This document shows, piece after piece, positions 34,938-47,498 of a DNA stretch of 64,000 bases. The stretch comes from Coniocarpon cinnabarinum (taxonomy: Eukaryota). Numbering within the stretch: the first letter of the stretch is position 1; every line of letters starts with the position of its first letter. Made by a program: the position numbers and the translations under genes. The stretch lies in NCBI GenBank assembly GCA_051942205.1, contig JAVECO010000003.1, forward strand, positions 124,001 to 188,000. Direction: 5' to 3'. Below the pieces are notes generated by a model, which was given only the letters and a program-made list of their open reading frames with translations, was not told where the DNA came from and searched no databases.

Positions 34938-35511
34938 TTGCTTGATCGATGATTGGACCGATCTGAGTGTGTCTAATGACTCACACCACCCAAATCGTGC
35001 CAAATAGATTTGGCAGTGGGCCCACGCGTGCGCAGCAGTCCTTCAAAGGACGTCCCAGATGCGACACAAGTATTGAGCATCCACTTGAACAAACGCTGCG
35101 AAGTCGGTCGTAGCCACACGAAAGGTTTTTTGTGTCATCTGCTCAGCGTTTCCGCGGTCTCAGTGTACCAAGAGACGCTCCTTGGTTATGGGTATCTGCA
35201 TGCAGCCGAGATCTTGTCTCAGTCATGTCGCAAGACAGCGTTAGATCGTCAAATCAAAGAAGCCATTACAGCAACTTGCGGCGACACGGCGACATTGACT
35301 GTCCTTGCTGCATATGCATGTTTGTCACTGTGTCTTTCATCCGCCATTTCCCCTCCTCGCCCATCATCATCCCCATTAATCTCAACACTGATTCTCCGTT
35401 CGCCTATCGTTCACTTCCTCGACTATCTGTCATTGACTTTCTCTACCATCTTGAGCCCATACCTTGCCACTGACTGCTACTGCTCCAAGATCCTTGCTGG
35501 GCAAAGTCACA

Positions 35512-36393
35512 ATGGAGAACACATCTTCGGTCAATTGGGGTCACGTTGTCAAGCGGTACTGTTTCCATTGCTCTGGATGATGCCATAGCCGCTGATCACA
35601 AGACAGACTATTTCAGACATCCGAGTTTTCTGACCTCCAAATCAAATGTCGTGGAAAGGCTTTCAATGTCCACAAATGCATCATTGCTTCTCAAAGAAAT
35701 TGCTTTGGCGATCTGCTCCGCGAATCTGAGGTATGTATGCTTGGGAATCGACGAGCTACTGTCTCTTAGTGGTAGCGGAACGTCAAGGCTCATCGTCGCT
35801 TCCAGAATACGTCCACACAAGAAGTCGATGTTTCAAATTCGGAGCCCCATTTCTTAGAAGCTGCGCTAAAGCACCTGTACGGGATTTCCTACGACGTGCC
35901 AATCTCCCTCTACAACACTAAAGTTATTTACCATGCTCACGTCTATGCATTTGCGTCGTACATAGGTTTTTCTGACTTGGAGAAGTGTGAGTGAAGTCGA
36001 CGGTCCCAAAATGGTCTCTGAAATGCTCACAGCCAAGCAGCATCTTTATCACGCATCAAAAGTGAAGCCGCGAATGGCAAAACTGAGATGATGGCTGCTG
36101 CTTTGGCGGCCTACCTGTTCTATTCTGAACCCCTTGTTGGCCACCTACATATGAAGGCATTTCTGGTCGATATGATTAGCGATCACATGGATATCATCAA
36201 AGACATTGAAGATGCTGGAATGGGGCACTTGCTGAGAGAAGTACCCGATTTCACATACGATCTTTGTTTGGCACAAGCACGCAAAAGATCAAATACATCT
36301 CGTGAGGTATACCCACACGACCGAGCGATCGACGGGATTGATCTCCAACTGCTTTTTGACTCAATCGAAGACGGTCCAGCGAGCGGTTCATGA
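35512..36393 (+). CDS. BTB/POZ-domain protein, array copy 2 (most divergent)
   Basis: MENTSSVNWGHVVKR/LFQTSEFSDLQIKCRGKAFNVHKCIIASQ..LEAALKHLYG..YHAHVYAFA..LREVPDFTYDL. Introns 35556-35606, 35731-35805, 35987-~36040. Mostly missed by the ORF track. Confidence 0.82.
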
Positions 36394-37091
36394 GATGAAG
36401 ACGGGGCACAGGAAGTCATGATCGCTGATCGGATGTGACGAGTTGTAATGGGCGGTGGAGCGATGACAAGGCTGGTTTGAGTAGGGTTGGTGGGTAAGGT
36501 GTGGGGGAAATCGGGAAACAGCAGCAAGAAGAAGTGTTGGTCGCCATGGGACAGGGACTTTGGTATTTGTCGCAAGCATAGCATGAGATTTCGAGCTTCC
36601 AGTCTGGTGTTACATCGCAAAGTAACCTGTTCTCTTGTCGTCGTTAACAGCCACTTGATAGGTGCATGTGTCATTTTTATCCCGAATCTTTTCGCATCAA
36701 TTACGCTAATCACGGGTATCTGCATCCAGCCGCAATGGTGTCCCAACTGTTGTGAAGCGTCGTAAAATTTCAAGCAGCTGCCGGGTACCTGCAGCAGCGC
36801 AAACATCAATATTTTGAATCGACCAGGTAAAATCCTCCGAAGCCGTCCGCTTCACGAACTCTTGCTTACCTGAGTAGCCTGCAAAAGACCCTAGCCACAG
36901 GTTACACCAGAGACGGCCGCCTTCGCCTTTGCCACAATGATGACGCTTGGCAACCCGAAATGGTATTCCTAGGCGGCGAAGATTCATTGCCACATTCGGT
37001 CATGATATCGCGATTCTTGTTGCGGTGAGAGAGCTTTGCTTCAAATTTCAACCTCACGTCTTTTCACAACTTTCACTCAACTCGAATCGTC

Positions 37092-37927
37092 ATGCCCCAA
37101 AACCTAACTCGAAGCAATTGCGTTTACGCCATCGGGCAGTAGGCTCTTCTCATTTCTGTAACATGCTTCCCCATCCTGACTGAAACCACAGACTGTTCGA
37201 CAATCCTGCCTCTTCTGATCTCAAGGTCAAGTGCAAGGACAGAAACTTCAATGTCCACAAATGCATCGTTGCCAGTCAGGGTGGCTTTTTTGGGGCAAAG
37301 ATGGATAATTTCAAGGTAATTCCAAACGCAGCGGCCAATCCCATTTAAACATGACTGATCTTCGCGTTTAGGAAGGCGACACGAATACGATCGACCTTTC
37401 GAATGACGACTCTGATGTCGTCGAAGCGGCCCTGAGATATCTCTACGGAATGAAGTACAAGGTGCCAGATTCTTCTGAGGTCAATGAGGCCGTCTTGCAT
37501 GCTCGCGTCTACGCGTTTGGGGAATTTGCAGGCCTGAGCGACCTAAAGAAGGGTAAGTCCAACCGAGACTGGTCTTTGCGCAGAATGGCGTTTGAATAAC
37601 ATGCAACCAGTCTCTCTGGATCGCTTCAAGGGGAAAGCTACGAACGGTAAAGAGGGAGCTGCCGCTGCCTTCCTCGCTGCCAAGGTTGTCTATTCGGAAG
37701 TTCCAGAGGAGGATCGGGGTCTGAAGAACATACTGGTTGATGCTGTCTACGCTTGCATTGAGATTGCCGATGACGACGGAAACAAACTTATTCTGAAAGC
37801 AGTGCCCGAGTTTACGTACGATCTTCTTGTAGCGCGCGCGCAAAGCTTGAGTCTGGCATCCACTCCAGATTCGTCACTGGGGAAATTAGGGAAGGCGAGA
37901 ACCCATTGGCTACACGAGACAGTGTAA
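37092..37927 (+). CDS. BTB/POZ-domain protein, array copy 3
   Basis: MPQNLTRSNCVYAIGQ/LFDNPASSDLKVKCKDRNFNVHKCIVASQGGFF..FK/EGDTNTIDLSNDDSDVVEAALRYLYG..DRGLKNILV..VPEFTYDL. Introns 37139-37191, 37316-37371, 37553-37610. Confidence 0.87.
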
Positions 37928-38304
37928 AAAGCTATGCGCGGTGCATCACTTCAGTGAAGGTGGCTGCAATGAGCTGTTGCGCTGGTCTTTTCACCTAATT
38001 AATTTGTAATAAGCGCTCTCACCTCGGACTCTTGGCTTTAGAGTGATCATGACCATCCAAACGCCTTGTAGGATTGAACGATCTTTGAGTATGCACAGTT
38101 CTCGTGATTTGCTGTGACGTGCAATGCTTCTTTCAAGGCGCAACCTGCGTCGTAATAGCAACTCCAAATACGGTTTAATGCCACTTTTTCATCACCTCAA
38201 CCCTTCACTGCCAAGACTTCAAGGATTATATCTTCCATCATTTCTTGAACAATTCCTCGCTTTCTCACATCTTTCCACTTCCTTGCAGCTCGTACACATT
38301 CAAG

Positions 38305-39148
38305 ATGTCAAACAACTCGCACCATCACGGCATAGACACTGGTGTTCGCTCGTAAGTAGCCACATGTGTAGTGACAATCTTTCTACTGAGCCATGTTGCA
38401 GCCTCTTCGAGACCTCTCAATTCTCTGATCTTGAGATACACTGCCGAGATCGCATTTTCAAAGTCCATAAAGCTATATTGGCATGCCAGGGCGGCTTCTT
38501 TAGTATTATTGGTAAGAACGGCTTCCAAGTACGTCCAAACTTGAAGGGAGGAGAACAGCCCGTTGCGTGTGGCGCTTCTGATCAAATATTCTAGGAAGAC
38601 GAGAAAAAAATCCATTAAGCTGCACGAGGACGATCCCGATATCATTCTTTCTTTGCTGCAATACCTTTACGGCATGGAGTACAACACTCCCGAGGAGACT
38701 GAAAAGGCAGTGTTCCAGGCGAACCTCTACGCGGCTGCAGATTTTTACCAACTACCGCTGCTCAAAAAAAGTAAGCTCGCTATTCAGCCCCTTTTCCACA
38801 TTCAGTTCATGACTGACTTAATGTGATGTAGATTGCATCAGCGATTTCGAGACCATCGCGAGATCGTCCGGACCTCGTGGCGTGAAGAGCGCTTTCCTCG
38901 CCGCCAAAGCAGTGTACTGTGGTACTCCAGACAGCGATCGCGGTCTTCGTGACATTCTGGTCAAGACGGTCAATGAAAACATCAGTGAGATCATTGACAA
39001 GGACGTAGGCAATCAATTAATCCTGCTAGACGTCCCTAAGCTCTCTTACGACCTAGTCCGCACTCGCGCAAAGGGCGCATTGAAGCCCCACTCGAAGCTG
39101 ATACGACTTGCGTTTGCCCATTATGCGACTTCGTGTATTTTTTTGTGA
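38305..39148 (+). CDS. BTB/POZ-domain protein, array copy 4 (apparent +1 frameshift at A7 run; possible pseudogene or sequencing error)
   Basis: MSNNSHHHGIDTGVRS/LFETSQFSDLEIHCRDRIFKVHKAILACQGGFF..EDDPDIILSLLQYLYG..DRGLRDILV..VPKLSYDL. Introns 38352-38401, 38529-38594, 38771-38831. Confidence 0.75.
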
Positions 39149-40122
39149 ACAAGTCTAGCGCGTCGCAACGAGATCTTCGGGAAAAATACAATCCTGTCTG
39201 CCCAAGTTGCAGAAAGGAGTCCGCCTACGGGGAGAACATGCTGGCATATCTGCGAAAGTTTGAGTCCTAATACAGTGCAGTCATGCGCTAGAGGACGTTT
39301 CATGAGATACGCACAGTAAAGCACAGACGCTGAGAGTGATGGTCGTCGTGTTTCTATGCCTCTTGTATCAGATCACTGCTGCAATCGAGGATTCCCGGAG
39401 GCCAGTCAATCAGCAGCGTTGGTACATCATGGTTGGGACGTGGCCATGACGAACATCAGATAGACCATGCTTAGAAAGCCTTCTCAATCCAATGCAAATT
39501 CCTCTCACAGCACGACTTCCCGCAGTAGTATCTACGAGCCAATCGTTTCCATTCACTGTCTGCGCCTGATCGCTTCTCTCGCATAATCGGCAAGCCCGTC
39601 GCCCTCTTGAATTGAGCAAGCAAGTTCTGGGAGGTTAAGACACTCCCCGCCTTAGTGATTGCTCGTAGCTTAGCTGACAATCACAAACGCTCTTTCAGAG
39701 TGGCGAAAAAGACGTGAGCCTTCATGTTGTCGCGGCTGCGTAATCTCCGAAGCAGATTGTTAAACGGGTGTTTGGAACGTGTGGCAGGCTGAAGATTGCA
39801 CGTTTGTTGGTGCTGTAACACTGTCCTTGACAGTACCCTCTCGTTCTTAGATTGGTCTGCGAATTTCACCTGATTTTACAGGTCCAAAAAGCTCGGCCAT
39901 GAAGATGTCATCACTAGAGGATAGAAGTAGCTTGACACCAAGGAATATGTCACCACCATCAATGGGATCTGCAACAGGGATCTGATCGGAGTCTGAAGCC
40001 GCCCAATTAACGCCACGCATTTCTCACTTTTGTCACCGCTGTGGCAAGGACATCAGAAAGACAAGCCTGCAATCATATAATATAGTCGTAGCCCAGTCAT
40101 CTTTCATAGATTCCTGACCGCG

Positions 40123-42663
40123 TCAAGTCATGGGTGAAGCAGAAGCAACAGCACCTCCAACCATGTTAGCGCTCGTCTTCGATTGATCATCCTTCCCCTC
40201 CACACTCTCCCTCAACTCCTTCTCCTGCGCCCGCCGAAATTTCTCCTCCTCACTCAACTCCTTCTCAGGCGTTTGGCTGCGATTGCGATTCTTGAACTTC
40301 TCGCCCACACTCGTCGTCATGGCGCCCATCCGCTCCGTCATCTTGCCCATGAAGCTCTTCTCGTTCTTCTTCTCGACTTCCTTCTCCATTGCATCGACAT
40401 CGGCGTCATCGGTGTCTTTGTCTTGTTGTTTGGCTTCTGCTTCTTTGCGCTCTTCGTCTTGTTTCTTTTGTTCTTGATTGAGTTGCATTTGTTGCTGGAA
40501 GACGGCGTCTTCGTCGACGTCTTCGAAGCCGATTTTGGATAGTATCGTGCCTGTCAGAAAGCGGTAGGTAGTGTGCCCGTTGACGGACTCGCTGACGTCG
40601 ATGTTCTCAACATTAGCAACGCCATGGATAGCTTGTAAGCCCGCTACGCCGAATTGGAGACTTGCGGTCCGATACAGGAAGCCAAGGAGGTAATCGTTAG
40701 TGCTGAAGACGTTGACGACACGGCCGGTGACCACGCTGCGGACGCGACGCCAGACCGCGGAGTCAGCGGGTACAGCGGCACCCGCGAGGACGATACTTTC
40801 GACAAGACCAAAGGCCTTTCGGCGTGAGAGCTCATCAAGACAATAAAAGATTGCGCGGGCGCCGAGGGAGTAGCCGATCAGTGTCACGGGCCGCTCGCCT
40901 TGGACTCTGTTGATGAGAGCGTCTGCCAAAACACGACCGGCTTTTTCGCTTCGGCTCCGCGCAACGCTGAAAGGGTTGTCGACCACGCGAGCTGCTTTCA
41001 CGATTCCCAGCGGCCATAGGCCCGCTGAAAGCGTGGCGAAGAAGGTTTGAGAGACGATCGCTTTTGTGCCGACACCCCATGCTGCGCTTTTGATGTAGGT
41101 CGTCAGTGCGTTACCCAGCTTGATGAGAGCCTCGAGTTCGAAACGGAGAGCAAAGGCTTCGATGCCGGTGTGAGAAAGAATTTGCCATGGCTTGACAACA
41201 TCACTTGCGTCGTTCAGCCAGCCGCTTATACCGATTGTCACGCGTAATCGTCTATCTGAGGGTGCTGAGTGGTGCTGCGAGCCTTTTACAAAAGACGTCG
41301 AAGGCCGATGAACGGGGATGAAGGCGAAGTCATTGATCTCTTTTGCGTAGTTGTCTACCATCTGTCCTGCCATGCGCCCACCATAGGCACCAAACAGGGC
41401 ACCTACCAACGGCGCACTTCCTGCCATCGCCCCCAGATAGGTCGCTGTTGCTGTCGCACCTAGACCTAAACCACCCATGACCGTGCCAACACCAGCAGCC
41501 AGCAGTGGAGCTGCCAGACCGCCTGTGACACCGATCAAAGCAGCACCAGCTACAGTTCCCAAGCCGACCTTGATGCGACGGTTCCAAACGTTTTCATCAG
41601 CTTTCTTCTGAGTCTGTTCGTCCGCATTCATCTGCTGCTTCGCAGCTTCCAGAAGACCTTGAGCGGTTCGTGACTCGTCCTCAGCAAGATATGCAATCGG
41701 AACGTTGAGACTCGACGCCATGTAAGTGAGTAGGACACGAGAATACGACGAGTAATTCTCAAGACTGATCATAAGCAGAAGCATTGAGTGAAGAATCAGC
41801 ACTCGCACTGCCTCCTCCAGGTTGACGAAAGACGTCTCAATTGGTGGATACATGTGCTTGATGGCCGTATCGGCCGCGGTGTCTTCTGATTTCTGCTTTC
41901 TACTCGGTTTCGACGTCGGATTTGCCGCTTTAGTTGATACACCCTCTTTCTTGACCTCCTCGGCTTTATCGTACTGATTTACAGCTTCGCCGACCCGGCC
42001 CAGGACACGTTGGCTCCAATCGTCAAAGTCATCGAGACCAGACTTCCGCAACTCTTGCATCTCGACGCTCTGCACCTCTTTGACTCGCTTCTCGTGCTCT
42101 TGCTTTGCTTTTTTCTTGGCATCTGCTGCAGCCTGTGCACTCTTCTCCTGCTGTTCAGGGTTGTCGATTTGTGTCTTCTTGACGTCTGACTCGTCTTTCC
42201 CAGCATTGCCCATATCTTCCTTTGAGTCTTCCTGGCTGTTATCTGTGGGCGAGTTTGCATCTTTGTCCCTTTCTTGCGTGCCACCAACAGCCATTGTTGG
42301 TGAAGTCACTTCAGTCTCCCCATCCAGCGTCTTCTGTTCGCTAGTCTCATCAGGATCAAACGTTGCAAGGAAATTCGAACGCATCTTTTCGGTGCACTGA
42401 GCGACAAGTAGGAGAAATTCGGTTCTCTGTTCCCGGGTTGAAAGTATGGTGGTCAAAGACTCCTCTTGCGAGTCCTGCAAGTCCTGTCCCTTCTCTTTTG
42501 ATGCCCATGGCGCTTTTGACATGAGGCCGGAAGCGAATCCGCCATGTTTACCTTCATCTTGCTTGCCACTCCCCTCGTCCTGATCATTTGCGGTCTGCCC
42601 GCTGGATCCGGAGCTTCTCTTGTCTCTGGACGCCCAAGGCGCCTTTTTGAGAAGATTCGCCAT
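40123..42663 (-). CDS. DUF726 (TMCO4/Mil1-like) alpha/beta-hydrolase-fold membrane protein
   Basis: GAALIGVTGGLAAPL, VTIGISGWL, DNPFSVA..AGRVLADALI..GERPVTLIGYSLGARAIF, NVFSTNDYLLGFLYR. Confidence 0.9.
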   Translation of the reverse strand: MANLLKKAPWASRDKRSSGSSGQTANDQDEGSGKQDEGKHGGFASGLMSKAPWASKEKGQDLQDSQEESLTTILSTREQRTEFLLLVAQCTEKMRSNFLATFDPDETSEQKTLDGETEVTSPTMAVGGTQERDKDANSPTDNSQEDSKEDMGNAGKDESDVKKTQIDNPEQQEKSAQAAADAKKKAKQEHEKRVKEVQSVEMQELRKSGLDDFDDWSQRVLGRVGEAVNQYDKAEEVKKEGVSTKAANPTSKPSRKQKSEDTAADTAIKHMYPPIETSFVNLEEAVRVLILHSMLLLMISLENYSSYSRVLLTYMASSLNVPIAYLAEDESRTAQGLLEAAKQQMNADEQTQKKADENVWNRRIKVGLGTVAGAALIGVTGGLAAPLLAAGVGTVMGGLGLGATATATYLGAMAGSAPLVGALFGAYGGRMAGQMVDNYAKEINDFAFIPVHRPSTSFVKGSQHHSAPSDRRLRVTIGISGWLNDASDVVKPWQILSHTGIEAFALRFELEALIKLGNALTTYIKSAAWGVGTKAIVSQTFFATLSAGLWPLGIVKAARVVDNPFSVARSRSEKAGRVLADALINRVQGERPVTLIGYSLGARAIFYCLDELSRRKAFGLVESIVLAGAAVPADSAVWRRVRSVVTGRVVNVFSTNDYLLGFLYRTASLQFGVAGLQAIHGVANVENIDVSESVNGHTTYRFLTGTILSKIGFEDVDEDAVFQQQMQLNQEQKKQDEERKEAEAKQQDKDTDDADVDAMEKEVEKKNEKSFMGKMTERMGAMTTSVGEKFKNRNRSQTPEKELSEEEKFRRAQEKELRESVEGKDDQSKTSANMVGGAVASASPMT

Positions 42664-43542
42664 TTTGGAGGATCCCCAGGGTGTTTACGATCAAAGCCGA
42701 ACTAACATGAGAATTCAGTGAGGGGTGTCATCGTTTCGAAGAAAGTGAAAGCTCATCAAGCCTCATGTCGTGCCGCATATCCGAATAAAGACGTCTTCGA
42801 GTGCTAGCAACAGACGAAGTGCAGAAAACCAGATGACATCAGAGCGCGGAAACAACTCCGAGTTCACTTTGCGACGCACATCTAAGAAAGCTTTTTCGAA
42901 TACACCAATTGCTGAATACACCTTGCTGAGCCTATCGGCACTGTCGGTCATCGTACTCCTGACAAATACTCTCCTCTCACTTTAGTCATAATTCGAATCT
43001 GGCGTCGGTTGCCCGTACCTTGCTTTTCTCATGCTGCGATCTGCACTTATGCTAAAGTAGTGTGAATTTTTGGGGCGCAAGAGGACAGCCCTGCTCAAGC
43101 ATGGCTGTGCTAGCCTTGAGCAATCTTCGTCCGGGTGTTGAGTTCGGAAGGAGTCTCACACTGGGCGCTGATATGGTGGAACCAATGCTTCTGCTGTCCT
43201 GTACTTGCATTCAGCAACTTTCTGCAATCACTGAAGTGTAACTTCATGTCAACATGCTGGCAGTGCTGCCCTTGGCGTTTTAAAACGTGCTGTCCAAAGC
43301 CTGCAGCTGCTCCATCGTTGCGTTGCCTTCGATTAGCTGCCTCGAGTCAAGGTAATAGCTCTTACGCTGTCGATATTTGCGCGAGTCTATCCTCTGCATA
43401 CTGTTGTCTTATACCTTTTCAGCACGCGTAATGCTGGCAATCGCATATGGCCGGTTACGCTCTTCCAGCAAGCTTTCTGCCAGCCGCAGATCTCTTCAAG
43501 AGCGATTGGGAGCATTGTCTGTTGTTTCGCTGTCCCAGCTCA

Positions 43543-44160
43543 TCACTCACTGCTGGAAGAGCCGCCCTCCACAACAAAGTACCCTCCAACCCTCCTCGGC
43601 GCCTGCCCCAGCACATCCCAGTCCTCAGACTCCCTCTTCTCCTTCGGCACTTCCGGCTTCTTCAACCTCCTAACCCACCTCCCAACCCACCGCTCCTTCT
43701 CCAACTCCTCCCTCATAGCCTCCAAATCCAAAGTCCTCTCCCCATCCGCCTGGTTCGTCTCATCTCTCACCCTCACCATCGGCTCCACGCCCTCAACATC
43801 CACGCTTTGTATCTGCCTCACAAAATGAAGCTGTTGCTGCAGCTGCTCGAGCATCTTTTTCTCTTCCGCGGGAGAGGACGGTGGAGGTAGGGCGGAGATT
43901 CGCAGCAAGTGGTGGAGCTTTGACGGTGTGATGGAGGTTTCGGCGGAGGGGGTGGAGTCAGATTGGGGTAGGAGATCGTTCACGGACCAGGTGGGATTGG
44001 CGAGGAGGGTATCGATTTGGGACGAAGTCAATGGCGAAGATACAACGGAGGTCGACGCTACCCGTGAAGCAGAGTATAGGCGTATTTGACATAAATACAA
44101 ACTAGATTGAGGCCAGAGCGGGCGTCTGAGCCTGGAAAATTGAGCAAATGCAGAACGCAT
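43543..44160 (-). CDS. Mitochondrial Glu-tRNA(Gln) amidotransferase small subunit (GatC/GatF/Gta3-like)
   Basis: Arg/Ser-rich presequence; PTWSVNDLLP, KLHHLLRISALP, QLHFVRQIQSVDVEGVEP, GYFVV. Confidence 0.8.
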   Translation of the reverse strand: MRSAFAQFSRLRRPLWPQSSLYLCQIRLYSASRVASTSVVSSPLTSSQIDTLLANPTWSVNDLLPQSDSTPSAETSITPSKLHHLLRISALPPPSSPAEEKKMLEQLQQQLHFVRQIQSVDVEGVEPMVRVRDETNQADGERTLDLEAMREELEKERWVGRWVRRLKKPEVPKEKRESEDWDVLGQAPRRVGGYFVVEGGSSSSE

Positions 44161-44338
44161 CCTGCTTCAATGCCAAAAACAGGTAGAGGAACCTCGTCTA
44201 CGTATAGGCTACTCCAGAGAGTATTGAAAAGCTAAGAGATTACTATAATGGGTAAATATAGCTACTATTCGGACAGGGTATCAATATTGTTCTGAAATGT
44301 ATGCTGAGGTGATACAAGGAGGCCGTCCATCATTACGG

Positions 44339-47300
44339 TCAAGCTGTCGCCACTTCCACCGACTCTCTTCGTGGCGTCCTAATTCTCATTGGCACTCGGC
44401 ATCGAGACATCGTGCGATGGTTCTCGGCCAACCGTTGGGACAGAGCTCTTGCTCCTTTCTCGGACCACCTTGATTCTGCTCCCTCGTCAACCCATTCGAT
44501 ACGATGTATTTTGAAGCTCATACCGTCATGATTGTCGCCCCACGCCCGGCTGCGCATGCCGTGCCATGTGCATGCAGAATAGTTTTCCAGGGGCGGTAGT
44601 ATGAGAATGGTGATATGCGCATCTCTATTTGGCGGCGGGGGTGACGGAAGAGCAGGTGGCTTGGAAATGGTAGCGCAAGGGTCTTTCTTTTCACTCTTGT
44701 CGTCAAGGCCGTCTCCATTAACAGGGTCTTGAGCTTGCTGCTGGTCGCTCAGCTGCAAGTCGGCAAGATCAACGTCGTCCGCCCAGGCACCTAGGATCCA
44801 GCCTGAGTGAATAGCGGCAGCAAGCACGTCTGAGTCATCCGTGTATACATCAGTGCCCCAGATTTGGCGCTCGCTCATAATTTGCTCGCGTGACTTGTCT
44901 GATAAAAGCTCTCGAGGTACCCGAATGGTGAATGTACAATTATCCTTCCCTTCAAGCACTGGAAGTGGTTCCGGCTTGGAGGCGAATTGGAACTTTGAAA
45001 ATGACGCTGTTGATGCAGGTGGCGGCCCAATCTGTGGAGCGTAGAGGTTTGAACCTAGATGTTTTCGAGGTATGTGTGCCACGCTGTCCACTAATGGACT
45101 CGTTCTGATAATTGTACTGGCTTGACGAAGCGTCGGTAGAGGTGTTGTTGGAGTAGCAGGTGCTGCATTGCGATGATGGTGATGATGATGTGGTGGGATG
45201 TGATGATGGTGTCCCCGAACGATGCCTGGGGTTGCAGGGCCATTTGACAGGTTGTTGCTGAACTTGATCGTGCTGAGAGGAGTTCCACCAATACGACGGC
45301 CCAGCAACGGCGCAGAGGTGTCTTCATCCGCCTTGGGTAGTCGATGGTGGTGACTAAATTTTACCATTAGCTCAGGTGATAGTCTGATTGAATGGGTGCC
45401 ACTTACTGATGACCAAGCGAGTGATGGTGGTGATGAGGAGTTGTATGCGCGTGTTTGCTTCTTTTGTTCCTCCCAAAGCTTGGTGTCATTCTCCCTTCCA
45501 CACCGTCTACAGGGTCAAGTCTCCCGTCTGCCTCGAATGCCCGTTTCAAACGTTCAGCTCCGGGAGATCGCGATTGACGCTCAGGAAAGCCATCCATCAG
45601 CGAAGCTCTTCGATCACTGTCTATACTATGAATTCCACGATTCGGTGTAGGGGACGAGTTGGAAGCTGGAGGCATCGGCACTGGCGTGCTGCCAACACCA
45701 CTACCAAGGCCGGAAAACATACGACCAAATTCGCTTTTGATGGTGGGGTCCCTACCGGATCCAACAGGCTGACCTGATGCGCCTTGGACTGCCTGTGGCA
45801 ATGGCGAAGATCGCTCTATGCGACGACGGGCCTCTTGGTTTGCTCCGAGTACAGAGCGATGAGCCATTTGAGAATCTTCTAGAGATCGTCGGAGGCGTTC
45901 ATCGAGCATTGGTCGTGTGCTTTTCTCGTTGCCAATATTGATGATTGAATCCGGGTAGTCATTTCGGTCTACTAATGGAGGACCGGAGCGGGGATGCGGT
46001 CCGTATATTGGCATATTAGTTCCGTATTGTCGCGGGTCCTGGTGGGGCAGGAAAGGTCCATATATAGGACCCTCAAGCTGATCAGGAGGTAGCTGGGGTC
46101 CTTCACGGGATGCTATGGGCCGATCTGCGTCGCGGATATCGGTAGCGTGACGGGGGGACCATCGACCGTACTGTAATGGACCATCGTCGCGGTCCTCACG
46201 CCGCAGAGGACTCCGAGGGCGGTTCATTGGCACTGGCATAGCACTCTGAACTGGAGTTTCGTAAGGGCCATAAGATGGTCTCGACAAATCACTGAAAGCC
46301 CTTTCACGAGGATTTGTTGCACGACTTAAGTGATAGCTACGTTCGATAACATTGTGCTGTTGCAAATCTGCGGGGCGTTCTCTCCCGTTGATCGAATCCA
46401 AATCGCTTTTATGCGCTGTGTCTCTTCTCGGTCTTGAATGACTTTCCGACTCTTGTTGACTGGGAGGCCTAGGTAGTCTTGCTGAGTCGTAATATCCTGC
46501 AAAACCTGGAGACGACAGGTGTTTGGTTGATTCAGCAGACCCATCGTGATTCTTGAATGTCGTCCCATTCGGGTGCGGCGTGTTGAAAGGGCCGTACTGC
46601 GGCTGTGAAGTAGGAGACCTCGCGTCATTCGTGATTGGACCATAAGTAGGTGGCTTTTGAGGTGACAAGGGAAGATGACTGTGATGGCTCGGCGGGCGAC
46701 CATGAGATGTAGAAGGGGGCGACCATGCAGGCGGGCGTGTCGCGGCTGGACTGTCTGCCCCTACTAAAGAGGATATAGACATGTTTGCCGATCGATACAT
46801 TGTCGGTCCGGACGAGGCGTCTCTTGAGGCTGAGTGGTGCGGCGGGCTCCTCAGAGGACCTCGTGATATGGGGTAGGCTAAAGAGTGTGGAGGGCTATGT
46901 TGAGGCGACGAAGCTGGAGGTGGCATGTGCCGATTGTAGAACATGGGCGTGGAGCCAGTCGGGTCTGATCGTGGATCTTGAAGCGGTCATTAGGTATCTA
47001 CTGATGAAAAAGTAGACGTGAATATGGTAGAGACACACCTGATGAGGTCTCCCCGCCAACAGAAGCACGTCGAGGCTGTTCCCGGCCAAATCGCGGATGA
47101 CGGGAGAAGGGCGACTGTGGAGGCGGCGGCCCCGGCTGTAAGATGTCTCGATGCTGGAAATCTTGTTGCCGCTCTATGCTCTGAGGTCAGCCAATGTTGG
47201 AACTTATAGGAAGAAGAGGGTGATCGCTTGTTGATGGGCAAAACGTACGAGGCGCCGCCGAGCTGGAGGATTGCCAATACGGAGGCTGGTGGAGGCCATT

Positions 47301-47498
47301 GTCGCGATTGTCGGCGTGCGAGCTGGGTCTCAATGGGTCTCTGCCGCTGCGATGGAAGGGATCGGGAGGGCCGATCTGAGGATTGGACTGTTGAGTGGAG
47401 GGGCCAAGCAGATTGCCGGAGGAGGATGAGGGAGTCGAGGAGGGGCCTAGGAAGTTGGGGTTGGCGATGTAGCGCCGCTCCCTGGACTGCGAGTCCAT
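44339..47498 (-). CDS. RXT3: Rpd3L histone deacetylase complex subunit Rxt3-like protein
   Basis: C-terminal exon has RKHLGSNLY, CTFTIRVP, IWGTDVYTDDSDVLAAAIHSGW, RSRAWGDNHDGMSF. Upstream low-complexity exons (IKSEFGRMFSGLGSG, His tracts) are joined through predicted introns; start ATG 47498 is tentative. Confidence 0.82.

Noticed and set aside
43092..43122. Small hairpin TGCTCAAG...CTTGAGCA
   Set aside because: An isolated 8-bp stem is expected by chance in 64 kb; no tRNA, snoRNA or MITE features.
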